A DNA stretch of 44,372 nt from Proteromonas lacertae (Eukaryota): positions 1 to 44,372 of the forward strand of contig NGBS01001207.1 of the NCBI GenBank assembly GCA_002245135.1. Reading direction: 5' to 3'. The notes under the pieces are model-generated. The model had not been told where the DNA came from. It worked only from the letters and a program-made list of their open reading frames with translations, and searched no databases. The translations under genes were made by a program, and so were the position numbers. Positions 24,222 to 35,318 of the stretch are shown here, one piece after another (within the stretch, counting starts at the first letter, position 1; each line of letters opens with the position of its first letter).

Positions 24222-26915
24222 TAAATATTCACGATTATTCTTCTTTTGATGAATGTTTTGTTGGGAATGTTTAAACTAACCAACATAATTCATAGGTAAT
24301 TGAACATTTCCAAATGCAGAAGGAACTGGGATATACTTTAAATACTTACAATTTGAACAACGAATTGCGACTTTGATGGCTTTTGGTCTTTAAAGAGATG
24401 CACTGATTATAAGTCCTGATATACTGACTAAATTGTTCACATGATTTGCCTATTATATATATGTACATTAAAAATCATTTCATTTATACATTTAATGATC
24501 GGATTGATATTGAGTTTTGTGAAAATTTTAATAAGACATTGATTGAAGGAGAATTTTCTGCATTTAACTCATTTTCTACTACTCTTTGAGCTGCAATTTC
24601 AAACTATTGATAAGTAATAATAATTGTTTAATGTACTTGTGGTAAATAACAATTTGTCTCTCTTTGTAATACATCAAGTAAAACATTGTTGAATATTCCT
24701 AGATGAGCTAAATTAATTTCTACAAAATATTCACCTCTGTTGAAATTTTCCAATAATGATTTTCTAGTGATAAGAATAATCAATATATTTATATATACCT
24801 GTAGATATAAATATTGTTTTCACTATAATCTCTTAAAAACTCTTGAAACTTTGTTTGAGCTTGTAAAGGTTCTAAAGCAGACGATTCACCATTAAAAATC
24901 TTTCATAAAGATAACAAGCCTTCAAACTATTTACCACTTTGTTTATTAATATTTCTTGAATTTAAAATTCTGGAAAGAAAATAACGGGATGTACGGGTTC
25001 TAGCCCTGTAGTAGTTCCAAATATTTTTGAATCTGAGGTAGAAATAAAAACAGTGAAGTTAATTATACATGAAAAAGCTTTTAAAAACCAAAATGGTGGA
25101 AATCAACAGAATTCATCTCGAAACCAACCATTGTCATCTAATAATATAATAAAACCTTCAGTTAGACCAATTGGTCAATCTGTTGTAGGTGGTAGGCATA
25201 CACATCAATCAATAGGATCAGTTGGTATGTCTTATTGTTCTGAAGAGTGTGATAATCCTGAAGTTTATGATTGGCTTACAAACGAATCACCTCGAAATTC
25301 CACAACCTCTCATGAAAAAGAAGCTCGAAAAAATGTCAAAAAGTATAGTACAATACTTGTGATATAAGTGAAAATATTCATGCAAAATTAAAACGTCATG
25401 TAACAATCGATAAGCCTATGGAGCAAACTAATTTATTAAAGTTACAAGTAGATCAAAGTGGTAATGGACATATCAATCAATATAAAATAATAAAGAAATT
25501 AGTTGAATTATGTGAAGATCCATCAAAGAATCAATATGCAATAAAAATATTAAACAAATCAATTAAAACAGGTAGTATAAGTCCATTGAGTGATATTTGG
25601 GCAATGGGAATTTCACTATAATATAGGAATGTGTGCTTGTTAAAGTAATAATTGAGACTTGTTTATTGAACAGAAAAGAAATTATAGTGATTTAAAAAGG
25701 TTTTTTAGAAGAGATGATTTAACAAAGTAAAAGTTATACAAAGTTGAAGAATTAGCTTTTGAATATATGAAAGGATTAATAGAAGTTAATTAATTACAAT
25801 TAATATCAAAATTTCAGTTAATAATACTCAAGTATTTAGTACATACAGTGATTAACAACTCGATGTGTTAATTCAAGTGTTTGAAGGTGAAGAATCTATG
25901 ACAATATATAATAACTAATAATGTTTTGAATGTAAGTGTTGTAAAAGAGAGTATTGGTAAAGCTAATAAGATCACAATTACAAATGATAAAGGTCTTCTT
26001 ACACCTGAGACATTTTAAAGAATGGTTGTAAAAGCTAGATATTCAAAGCTAAATCATGAGAGGTAAATTGAATATAAAAGAAGTAGCTTTATAATATATG
26101 AAAAGATTAGTAGAAGTATATCAATTACAATTCAATAGAGATAACTTCGTTGTAGGTATAAGAAATGCTTTAGAAAGCAAATTATCAAAATTTATGATTA
26201 TAAAACGAGAAGTAGATGATTCTAAATTCTTAACTTATCCAATGGCTAGTAGTTTAATAAATGTAAGTAAATTATGTTCAAGAAGGTGATAATTTAACAA
26301 TAATAGAAGCTATGGAAATGTAAAATATGTTGACTTCCTCAAATAGATACAAGATTGCCAAAATTTAGTTGGATGATTTGTTTTTTAAGAAAAAGGTTCA
26401 ATTATTAGTTAGTTATAAATAAATATGTCTTAATGACTTAGTTAAATTGTTTTTATGAGATAAACGATTGAAATAGAGCTTAAGATAGTTATTCAGATAG
26501 TAAATAAGTCAAACAGTTTAAAAAATAATAGTATTTATTAATTAATTAACAAAAATAAGCCCTAGCTTCCTATAGGAGGCAGGTGCTCAAATTTTATAAA
26601 ATATAAAAAAATATTCAAGCCGAGCTTGTGTTATCACACATTATATTTTGAGCATTCTCATTTAATAGTAAGATATTTAATAAAAAAACTGGAGATCCTG
26701 TGTACAGTTATTATGTACAATAGGTTGGGATCAAAAATGCTCAAATCATTAAAAGATCGTGAAATTAGACCAAAAAATAGTTGTGCTATCTCCACCATCT
26801 TCTCAGAATCTCTTAATTAAGCAATTATAGTCAAGTAATATAAAATATTAGAGTCAAACTCTAACTAGATTAGGCGAGTTCAAATTTTGAACACGCGTCT
26901 AAACCCAAACTTCCC
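24222..26915 (-). repeat. MULE-1 right inverted arm (2694 bp) with mirror copies of MCM5 (24283-24908, -), kinase (25053-25621, +) and HSP70 (25826-26050, +) fragments
   Basis: Reverse complement of 18053-20746; inner boundary at TAAATATTCACG. Confidence 0.95.
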
Positions 26916-26924
26916 TGAATATAC

Positions 26925-27408
26925 ATATTGGTCAGTTAATTTTTATATATTACAAGATAATTCGATCAATCAATATGAATCTACTGTAAAAGTACCTATA
27001 AAAATTCAAATGTTTGAGCATTTTATGAGAATCAAAATATATAATGGTATTGTTTTGAAAAATGGAGATGCTAGATATGGATATATATTTTATCTAGATG
27101 ATCATCATGTTATTAAAGCAGAACCAGGTAAAGAAGATTTATTACAACAATATTATAACAAATTATTAGAAACATACTTTGTAGATGGAAGTAATGGAAT
27201 ATACTTCCCTATACAAGGTGTAATAAATGAAACTTCACAACCTGCATTAAATAAATATGATGGTTTTTTTGCTATATTAAGAAATAATAATAATAAATGT
27301 AATCTTTATATAGAGCAAAAAGGACTTGATGCATATTCATATCAAGCATTCCCACCTCAAGTTATTATAACAGAGTGGATGGATACAGGTGTAACAGAAC
27401 CATTTTAG
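26925..27408 (+). pseudogene. 3' half of the element gene interrupted by MULE-1
   Basis: Continues YWSVNFYILQ...TEPF* in frame with 17751-18052 (302+484=786 nt). Confidence 0.85.
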
Positions 27409-27534
27409 TAATAATTATATTATGGTTATTATAAAATTTATAATATTTTTATTATATTATGTGATTTTTATTAAATTACGCATATTTTTAAACCCTGTTC
27501 CAAATTATTTTAAGATAAAGATTCGTTTTAAAAT

Positions 27535-28011
27535 TTAGACTATGTTTATCGTAGTTTGATCATTGTTTCCTTTAACTTCTTCTTGTACTTCTTCTTCCTC
27601 ATCATCACTATCATCAAATATATAATTCTTCTTTACATAATGTTTTAACATAGGATTCTTCTTCAAATGAACACTTCCCATTCCTTCAGGTAGTGTTAAC
27701 CACTCAATATACTTATCAAACAATGCAAAATAATGTCTATTTAATCCTCTTGGTTTTACTGATGGTTTAATATCGAAAAGCATCATGTAATATCTCTTAT
27801 CACTATACTTTGTCCACATCTTTTGATGGCAAATAGCACAGAATTCATTATAAGACTTTATCTCTTCCTTAGGTAATGGGCTATCTAAAACTGCACTTAT
27901 ATTATGGTTAAAATATAAGTAAAACTTACAAGTTCCACATATACACTTATCTAAATAATCTTCATTATTTCTAAATGAACAAAAGAAAGCAAAGTTTACT
28001 GAAGCACACAT
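27535..28011 (-). CDS. Hypothetical Cys-rich protein with acidic tail (Polinton-like element)
   Basis: 158-aa intronless ORF with ATG start, CICGTC and CAIC pairs, and a DDSDDEEEE tail. Confidence 0.65.
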   Translation of the reverse strand: MCASVNFAFFCSFRNNEDYLDKCICGTCKFYLYFNHNISAVLDSPLPKEEIKSYNEFCAICHQKMWTKYSDKRYYMMLFDIKPSVKPRGLNRHYFALFDKYIEWLTLPEGMGSVHLKKNPMLKHYVKKNYIFDDSDDEEEEVQEEVKGNNDQTTINIV

Positions 28012-28498
28012 ATTTTATATTTTTTTGATAAAAAACCGTTTTTCAAAAATGCCAGGAAAATCAAAACTGTTTCTTTTTTCTGTTTATAACAACAGTTTCA
28101 CGTCAGAATTTCGATTTAGTAAAAAATATAGAATATTGCAGATAATTCTTTAAATATATATTTTTGACACTATTTAAATTCTTTTGAATGTTTTTAACTA
28201 CACTATATAAATCCATAAATAAATTGATAAATGAAAAAAATAACTAAAAAAAGTAAGAACGCATTCTGTAGCTTGGCCACCACACTATTTAATCACTAAG
28301 TCCTAGTCAGGCTACACAGGACACGCTACTTACTTACATAGAAATACATTTCTTATTCTATAAAGTAGCTACCCTTCCGGGGTAGAACAGGTAGCTACCT
28401 ATCTATTTATACACTTTATTTCTACTATCCTACGCTAAAAACTATTGAAAACATAAAAATAAAATTTGACCCATAAATTTATTCACACACTAAAATAT

Positions 28499-30821
28499 GG
28501 GGTATTTTTTTTTGGGCAGCTGCTCAAATTTTGAACAGGCTGTTTCTAATAGCGCCATGAATCTTATATTGAAATTTGTCTGACTATTATTAATTATTTT
28601 AGCTTTTCTGAATTGTGTGTGGTATTTAGACATCATCAATGTTAATCATTAGAATAATTATAAGAATTTTGTATATAAATTTATTGTACATAATAACTGT
28701 ACATTGGACCTCCAGTTTTTATTCTAATTATTTTGTTATTTCAAGAGAAAAATGAAAAAATATAAATTTAGTCAAGCATTTGGCTTGATTTGAATTTGAA
28801 ATTTATATATTTTGAGCATTTGTTATGTATAGCAACATATTTTTAATTTTAATTAAATAGATTTCAACTTTATCATAATTTTCAATTATATATATATCAA
28901 AAGTCCATATTCTTCGTATAATTATATATATTTTTAATTGGTTTAGATTTAAAGAATTATGAAAAGATTATAGATAGAATAGCATACGACTAAATTTATT
29001 ATGGAATGGATTGATTCAAAAATATGGAAGAATGCGTGATAAGCCAGATAGTAAGGAATATAAATCAAAAATGGTTAAGAAAGAGTCTTACTATATCACT
29101 TGAAGAAATAAAGAACATAGTTGCATTGAAAAATGAGAATATAATCTAAATTTAAGTGATATATTTAAATATGAAATGGATTATACTCAAAGATATATTG
29201 AATGTAGTAATAATGGAATACAGGATGTGAAATGTAATGGTTGTAATAGGATTTATAGGAATATCTTCTTCAGAAATTGATTCTTTTTATTAATTGATAA
29301 TTTACACAAATATTTAACATTTATACTTTAATTTGTGTATTTAATATGTGTATGTTACTTAATATTAAATTGGCCTATATCAATGAATTTTAGGATTAAA
29401 TATGCCAATTGTTGAACAAGATTCATTTACTTTCAACATTCAAAGATTGATAAAGATATAGATGACATGGTTAGCTTGTCGAAGAACTTGAATGTATTTA
29501 GAACTGAGTTAGGCAAATGACGTCCTTTTCGACTTTTGTCTTCACACGCTCAAAATACCCAGTGTTTTCCTGTAGCTGTCCCTTTTGTCCATTTTGCTTT
29601 TTTATTATCTTTTTAGTTTTTCTGTAATAAATAGTAAAAATAATCAATCACTAAGCAATATATATCAATATAACACATTATACTCCTGCCCTACTGAAAA
29701 ATTAACAAATAAATATATTATTTGTCAATTTAACTATTTTTTTAATATATTGTAGTTGCATTTAATTGTTTTCACTCATTTTTTATCCCATTTTATATGC
29801 TATTCCCTAATCTGTTTCTCTGTTTGTTATGTATCAATCCCTGTATAGAATAACTACGTTCTATTAAGCTTCTAGAGTTTGGGATTGTTTGTATTCTATG
29901 AAGCTGCTACGTCTTTTATATGACATGATAAAATAAAAAAGCTTGAAAAGAAATCAAGCTTGGATTTATTTCAAAGTTTAATATTTCGTGTTATGATTAA
30001 GTATTGTTTCTTTTTATGTTCATATGTTTGTAATGTTGTAAATTCGTATGTATAAATCTAAAAATTAATTACTGTTTCTTTGAAATACTGTGAATTAATG
30101 AATATTAAAATTTAGCTAAATTTAATCAGTTTATTTTACTGTATATATTCAAATTAGTTATAAGTAGTTTATTAATTTACATTATATTCAGATTATGTCA
30201 ATTTGTTTGATATTTCTATTATGAAGTGACGCTATTTATGTAAATGAACAATACATTTATAAGTATGTTATTTAGATAGATTTAATGATAAAATTTACAT
30301 AATATTTTGATTAATAGAAATGAACATAGGTATATTTGTTCTTAAACAGGTTAATATGTCTTATAAACAATAGGATATATAATATATGTAGTATTTATGA
30401 TAAACAAATATTGAATAAAGGGACACAAAAGGAATACTGTCCTTCTTGAAAAAAACATGTTCGATTTCCTTACAGGCTAGACGAGAGAAGAAAGGACAGA
30501 AAGGAGGATATGGCTCCAGAAGGATGTCCTTTCTGCAACTCATATATCACTATATCAACATACATTATATCACATCACTCAATAATATAGAATTAATAAT
30601 AACAATATAATAGAAATTATTGACAAAATTATTGAAAGTGTAATCTAGTATTTCAAGTATGAACTAGTACTTTTTTATGTTTAAAAATATTTAATCGTTT
30701 CATATTTTGTGGCATTATAATTTATAATCTATTTTCTATATCATACTTGAAAATAAATAATACATGAACATAATAACTATTGATGCCAATGATTTTGTAT
30801 CAGTTCCTACTAATGATAGTA
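28499..30821 (+). repeat. MULE-2 left inverted arm (2323 bp), overlapping the first 58 nt of the transposase
   Basis: Reverse complement of 32930-35252; mirrored coordinates sum to 63751 (e.g. ORFs 30361-30543 and 33208-33390). Confidence 0.95.
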
Positions 30822-32755
30822 GACATACAATAGTCGATCGAAGAAAAAAGGAGTTATATAAACAATGTCAAAAATACCCTCCTTTGGATTCTTTTTATAG
30901 CATTAATGAATCAATATTTCAGAAGAAATTTAAGTCAATTGGTACACAATATGACTTTGAAGTAGTAGTTACTCATGGCAAAAATGTTAGCAAGGAAAAG
31001 ACATTAAAATTTACTTGTAGTAAAGGAATGTGTCAATTTTATATCAAAGCAAAATATACTGATTATCAAGTTCATGTCAAATTTAATCCACATTCCCATC
31101 AGCTGAATATGGTAAGTAAAAAGATAATTAGTGTTATGACGGATGATATTTTGAATGAAGTGCATTGTATGGTTATGCAGACAAGAAACACATCTAAAGA
31201 AATTATTAATGTTATAAAAAATAATTATAATATTTCAACTCGTGTTATAAAACAGATAGATTGTGAAGTAAATAAACTACGTCAAATGTTACGAGATGAA
31301 AATTCTGGTAGATACAAATTCTATGAAAGTATAAAATCAAAGTATACATATTTCGAAAATTCTCACTGTACGCTTGTCATTTTAGACAAAATAAGGTTAA
31401 GTAAGTATAGTACATTGTGTTGTGATGGTACTTTTTCTATTTTTCTTGGTCATGAACAGCTATATGTTATATACTCTCAAGTCAGTCCTTCTTTATTAAT
31501 TATAGTAGCTTTCGCAATTACTCAAAATAAAACCAGTGATACATACAAATTTATATTTAAGAATTTAAATCAATATTACAATATAAAGGCAGTTATTCAC
31601 GACAAAGAGATGGCTGTTGTCAAAGCTCTAAAAGAATTAAATATTAAGTTTGTATTCGACACCTTTCATCTTCTTATGTGTGTAAAAGATAAGTTGCTTA
31701 AACATTTATTATATCAATACATTAAAGATCCTAGTTCAATAAATATTAATGACTTAGATGAAAAATACAAAATCTATTTTAATAGGGATGGAATAACTAA
31801 TTTTGGTATTTATGGATGTCACAGTAGTTCAGCAGTTGAATCTTTAAATCACAAAATCAAAAACGATTTAAAATATAGGAAATCACGCTATGATAATGTA
31901 TTGACAGTACTAGAAAAACTTCATCAACAACAATTTGATAAAATACAATCAATTGCTTCTATAGAGAATGATAATAATTTATTATACCAAAATTTATTGT
32001 GGGAGGAGTGTAGTAGTAATATTTATAGAGAATTTGAGAGAGTGTATGAAGATAACTATTCTAGCACATTTGATGAAGAATCTAATTCATATTATATTAA
32101 CAATGAGTACAAAATTACAATGAATAATACAAATATCCAGTGTACTTGTTTTTTACATAACTTTAGTGGAGTACCATGTTCTCACATACTCTATATAATA
32201 ATAAAATATGGATTAAACTTTGAAATTATTCATTTAATATCAAATGAATGTTTCAAAAGATATTTTCAATCAACCATTCCTATAACAGATTACTATTTAG
32301 ATTATGTTTATCCTGTTGATATAGAGATTATAAATAATACTATTGCTAGTGATGATGTAGATACTGATAATATTAATATTCCTATTAATGATACTGAGTT
32401 GGATAAAACAGATATTGAAATATTACAGAAAATAATTAGTAATATATACAAAGCTGGCATGTTAAATGATATAGATGACACTGTTGAAGAAATATATCAA
32501 CAAATTAAAAAACCACTTACCCAAAATCTTTATCACACTATATCTGAAAATGACTTTAACAGTTTCATTAATAAGGATTATACGAATATAAAACAAGAAT
32601 CAGCTGTAACAATATTATCAATTATCTATTTATTAATAAGTAAAATCAAAAAAGGATACATAATAATTGATAAGGATGTTGTACTAAACTACATTAATAA
32701 TGAAGTGAAGAAGAGAAAAATAGTAATGGAAAAAAGACACAAAACATCATACTAA
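30764..32755 (+). CDS. MULE transposase (Zn finger, DDE, SWIM); homolog of the MULE-1 transposase lacking the Ulp1 domain
   Basis: CSKGMC..HSH; CCDGT, IHDKE, DTFH, AVESLN; SWIM CTCFLHNFSGVPCSH; shares VD(K/R)RKKELY and other blocks with 21613-23892. Confidence 0.9.
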   Translation: MNIITIDANDFVSVPTNDSRHTIVDRRKKELYKQCQKYPPLDSFYSINESIFQKKFKSIGTQYDFEVVVTHGKNVSKEKTLKFTCSKGMCQFYIKAKYTDYQVHVKFNPHSHQLNMVSKKIISVMTDDILNEVHCMVMQTRNTSKEIINVIKNNYNISTRVIKQIDCEVNKLRQMLRDENSGRYKFYESIKSKYTYFENSHCTLVILDKIRLSKYSTLCCDGTFSIFLGHEQLYVIYSQVSPSLLIIVAFAITQNKTSDTYKFIFKNLNQYYNIKAVIHDKEMAVVKALKELNIKFVFDTFHLLMCVKDKLLKHLLYQYIKDPSSININDLDEKYKIYFNRDGITNFGIYGCHSSSAVESLNHKIKNDLKYRKSRYDNVLTVLEKLHQQQFDKIQSIASIENDNNLLYQNLLWEECSSNIYREFERVYEDNYSSTFDEESNSYYINNEYKITMNNTNIQCTCFLHNFSGVPCSHILYIIIKYGLNFEIIHLISNECFKRYFQSTIPITDYYLDYVYPVDIEIINNTIASDDVDTDNINIPINDTELDKTDIEILQKIISNIYKAGMLNDIDDTVEEIYQQIKKPLTQNLYHTISENDFNSFINKDYTNIKQESAVTILSIIYLLISKIKKGYIIIDKDVVLNYINNEVKKRKIVMEKRHKTSY

Positions 32756-32872
32756 TGATAATATTATAACTTTTTTGAATTAAGATATTCTTATTGGAAT
32801 TTATATTCTTTGTGTTAGTTGGATAAACAACTACAGCAATTGTTAAATGTTATTTACGATGATCATCAGAAA

Positions 32873-32890
32873 AACCCTAACCCTAACCCT
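32873..32890 (-). repeat. Short telomere-type repeat (AACCCT)x3
   Basis: aaccctaaccctaaccct, ending about 40 bp before the inner boundary of the right arm. Confidence 0.6.
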
Positions 32891-32929
32891 TTCTCCTTCT
32901 ATTACTTCATCATTTATTCCATCTTCTAT

Positions 32930-35252
32930 TACTATCATTAGTAGGAACTGATACAAAATCATTGGCATCAATAGTTATTATGTTCATGTATTATTTATTT
33001 TCAAGTATGATATAGAAAATAGATTATAAATTATAATGCCACAAAATATGAAACGATTAAATATTTTTAAACATAAAAAAGTACTAGTTCATACTTGAAA
33101 TACTAGATTACACTTTCAATAATTTTGTCAATAATTTCTATTATATTGTTATTATTAATTCTATATTATTGAGTGATGTGATATAATGTATGTTGATATA
33201 GTGATATATGAGTTGCAGAAAGGACATCCTTCTGGAGCCATATCCTCCTTTCTGTCCTTTCTTCTCTCGTCTAGCCTGTAAGGAAATCGAACATGTTTTT
33301 TTCAAGAAGGACAGTATTCCTTTTGTGTCCCTTTATTCAATATTTGTTTATCATAAATACTACATATATTATATATCCTATTGTTTATAAGACATATTAA
33401 CCTGTTTAAGAACAAATATACCTATGTTCATTTCTATTAATCAAAATATTATGTAAATTTTATCATTAAATCTATCTAAATAACATACTTATAAATGTAT
33501 TGTTCATTTACATAAATAGCGTCACTTCATAATAGAAATATCAAACAAATTGACATAATCTGAATATAATGTAAATTAATAAACTACTTATAACTAATTT
33601 GAATATATACAGTAAAATAAACTGATTAAATTTAGCTAAATTTTAATATTCATTAATTCACAGTATTTCAAAGAAACAGTAATTAATTTTTAGATTTATA
33701 CATACGAATTTACAACATTACAAACATATGAACATAAAAAGAAACAATACTTAATCATAACACGAAATATTAAACTTTGAAATAAATCCAAGCTTGATTT
33801 CTTTTCAAGCTTTTTTATTTTATCATGTCATATAAAAGACGTAGCAGCTTCATAGAATACAAACAATCCCAAACTCTAGAAGCTTAATAGAACGTAGTTA
33901 TTCTATACAGGGATTGATACATAACAAACAGAGAAACAGATTAGGGAATAGCATATAAAATGGGATAAAAAATGAGTGAAAACAATTAAATGCAACTACA
34001 ATATATTAAAAAAATAGTTAAATTGACAAATAATATATTTATTTGTTAATTTTTCAGTAGGGCAGGAGTATAATGTGTTATATTGATATATATTGCTTAG
34101 TGATTGATTATTTTTACTATTTATTACAGAAAAACTAAAAAGATAATAAAAAAGCAAAATGGACAAAAGGGACAGCTACAGGAAAACACTGGGTATTTTG
34201 AGCGTGTGAAGACAAAAGTCGAAAAGGACGTCATTTGCCTAACTCAGTTCTAAATACATTCAAGTTCTTCGACAAGCTAACCATGTCATCTATATCTTTA
34301 TCAATCTTTGAATGTTGAAAGTAAATGAATCTTGTTCAACAATTGGCATATTTAATCCTAAAATTCATTGATATAGGCCAATTTAATATTAAGTAACATA
34401 CACATATTAAATACACAAATTAAAGTATAAATGTTAAATATTTGTGTAAATTATCAATTAATAAAAAGAATCAATTTCTGAAGAAGATATTCCTATAAAT
34501 CCTATTACAACCATTACATTTCACATCCTGTATTCCATTATTACTACATTCAATATATCTTTGAGTATAATCCATTTCATATTTAAATATATCACTTAAA
34601 TTTAGATTATATTCTCATTTTTCAATGCAACTATGTTCTTTATTTCTTCAAGTGATATAGTAAGACTCTTTCTTAACCATTTTTGATTTATATTCCTTAC
34701 TATCTGGCTTATCACGCATTCTTCCATATTTTTGAATCAATCCATTCCATAATAAATTTAGTCGTATGCTATTCTATCTATAATCTTTTCATAATTCTTT
34801 AAATCTAAACCAATTAAAAATATATATAATTATACGAAGAATATGGACTTTTGATATATATATAATTGAAAATTATGATAAAGTTGAAATCTATTTAATT
34901 AAAATTAAAAATATGTTGCTATACATAACAAATGCTCAAAATATATAAATTTCAAATTCAAATCAAGCCAAATGCTTGACTAAATTTATATTTTTTCATT
35001 TTTCTCTTGAAATAACAAAATAATTAGAATAAAAACTGGAGGTCCAATGTACAGTTATTATGTACAATAAATTTATATACAAAATTCTTATAATTATTCT
35101 AATGATTAACATTGATGATGTCTAAATACCACACACAATTCAGAAAAGCTAAAATAATTAATAATAGTCAGACAAATTTCAATATAAGATTCATGGCGCT
35201 ATTAGAAACAGCCTGTTCAAAATTTGAGCAGCTGCCCAAAAAAAAATACCCC
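32930..35252 (-). repeat. MULE-2 right inverted arm (2323 bp)
   Basis: Reverse complement of 28499-30821. Confidence 0.95.
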
Positions 35253-35318
35253 TTGATTCATATTGAAGACGAAGGTCAAATAAATAGAAACATAACTTTA
35301 TTCAAACCAATAAGCATA

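Larger units (their letters stand above)
18053..26915 (+). mobile_element. MULE-1: Mutator-like foldback element, 8863 bp, 9-bp TSD TGAATATAC
   Basis: TSD at 18044-18052 and 26916-26924; termini GGGAAGTTTGGG...CCCAAACTTCCC; central MULE transposase. Confidence 0.95.
12356..28498. mobile_element. Polinton/Maverick-like integrase + packaging-ATPase element (~7.3 kb after removing MULE-1); right end truncated, left end tentative
   Basis: Dense cluster of intronless ORFs in an intron-rich genome, including an rve integrase and an A32-like ATPase. Imperfect inverted repeat 12505-12542 vs 28461-28498 (33/38 identical by manual alignment). Candidate TGT terminus at 12356 is a guess. Confidence 0.7.
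28499..35252 (+). mobile_element. MULE-2: Mutator-like foldback element, 6754 bp, no detectable TSD
   Basis: Termini GGGGTATTT...AAATACCCC, central MULE transposase; flanks (CTAAAATAT / TTGATTCAT) do not match. Confidence 0.92.

Noticed and set aside
18053..26915. MULE-1 arms as a fold-back sequencing or assembly artefact
   Set aside because: An exact 9-bp TSD, an in-frame interrupted gene on either side and a unique transposase core are what a real insertion predicts; a chimera would not create them.
28950..29600. Coding-like patches in the MULE-2 arms as identifiable captured genes
   Set aside because: They look like decayed exon fragments, but I could not recognise any family; needs tBLASTx.
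30361..33390. Identical 60-aa ORFs at 30361-30543 and 33208-33390 as an accessory (mudrB-like) gene
   Set aside because: No recognisable features; they lie in the presumptive transposase promoter and their identity follows from the inverted repeat.
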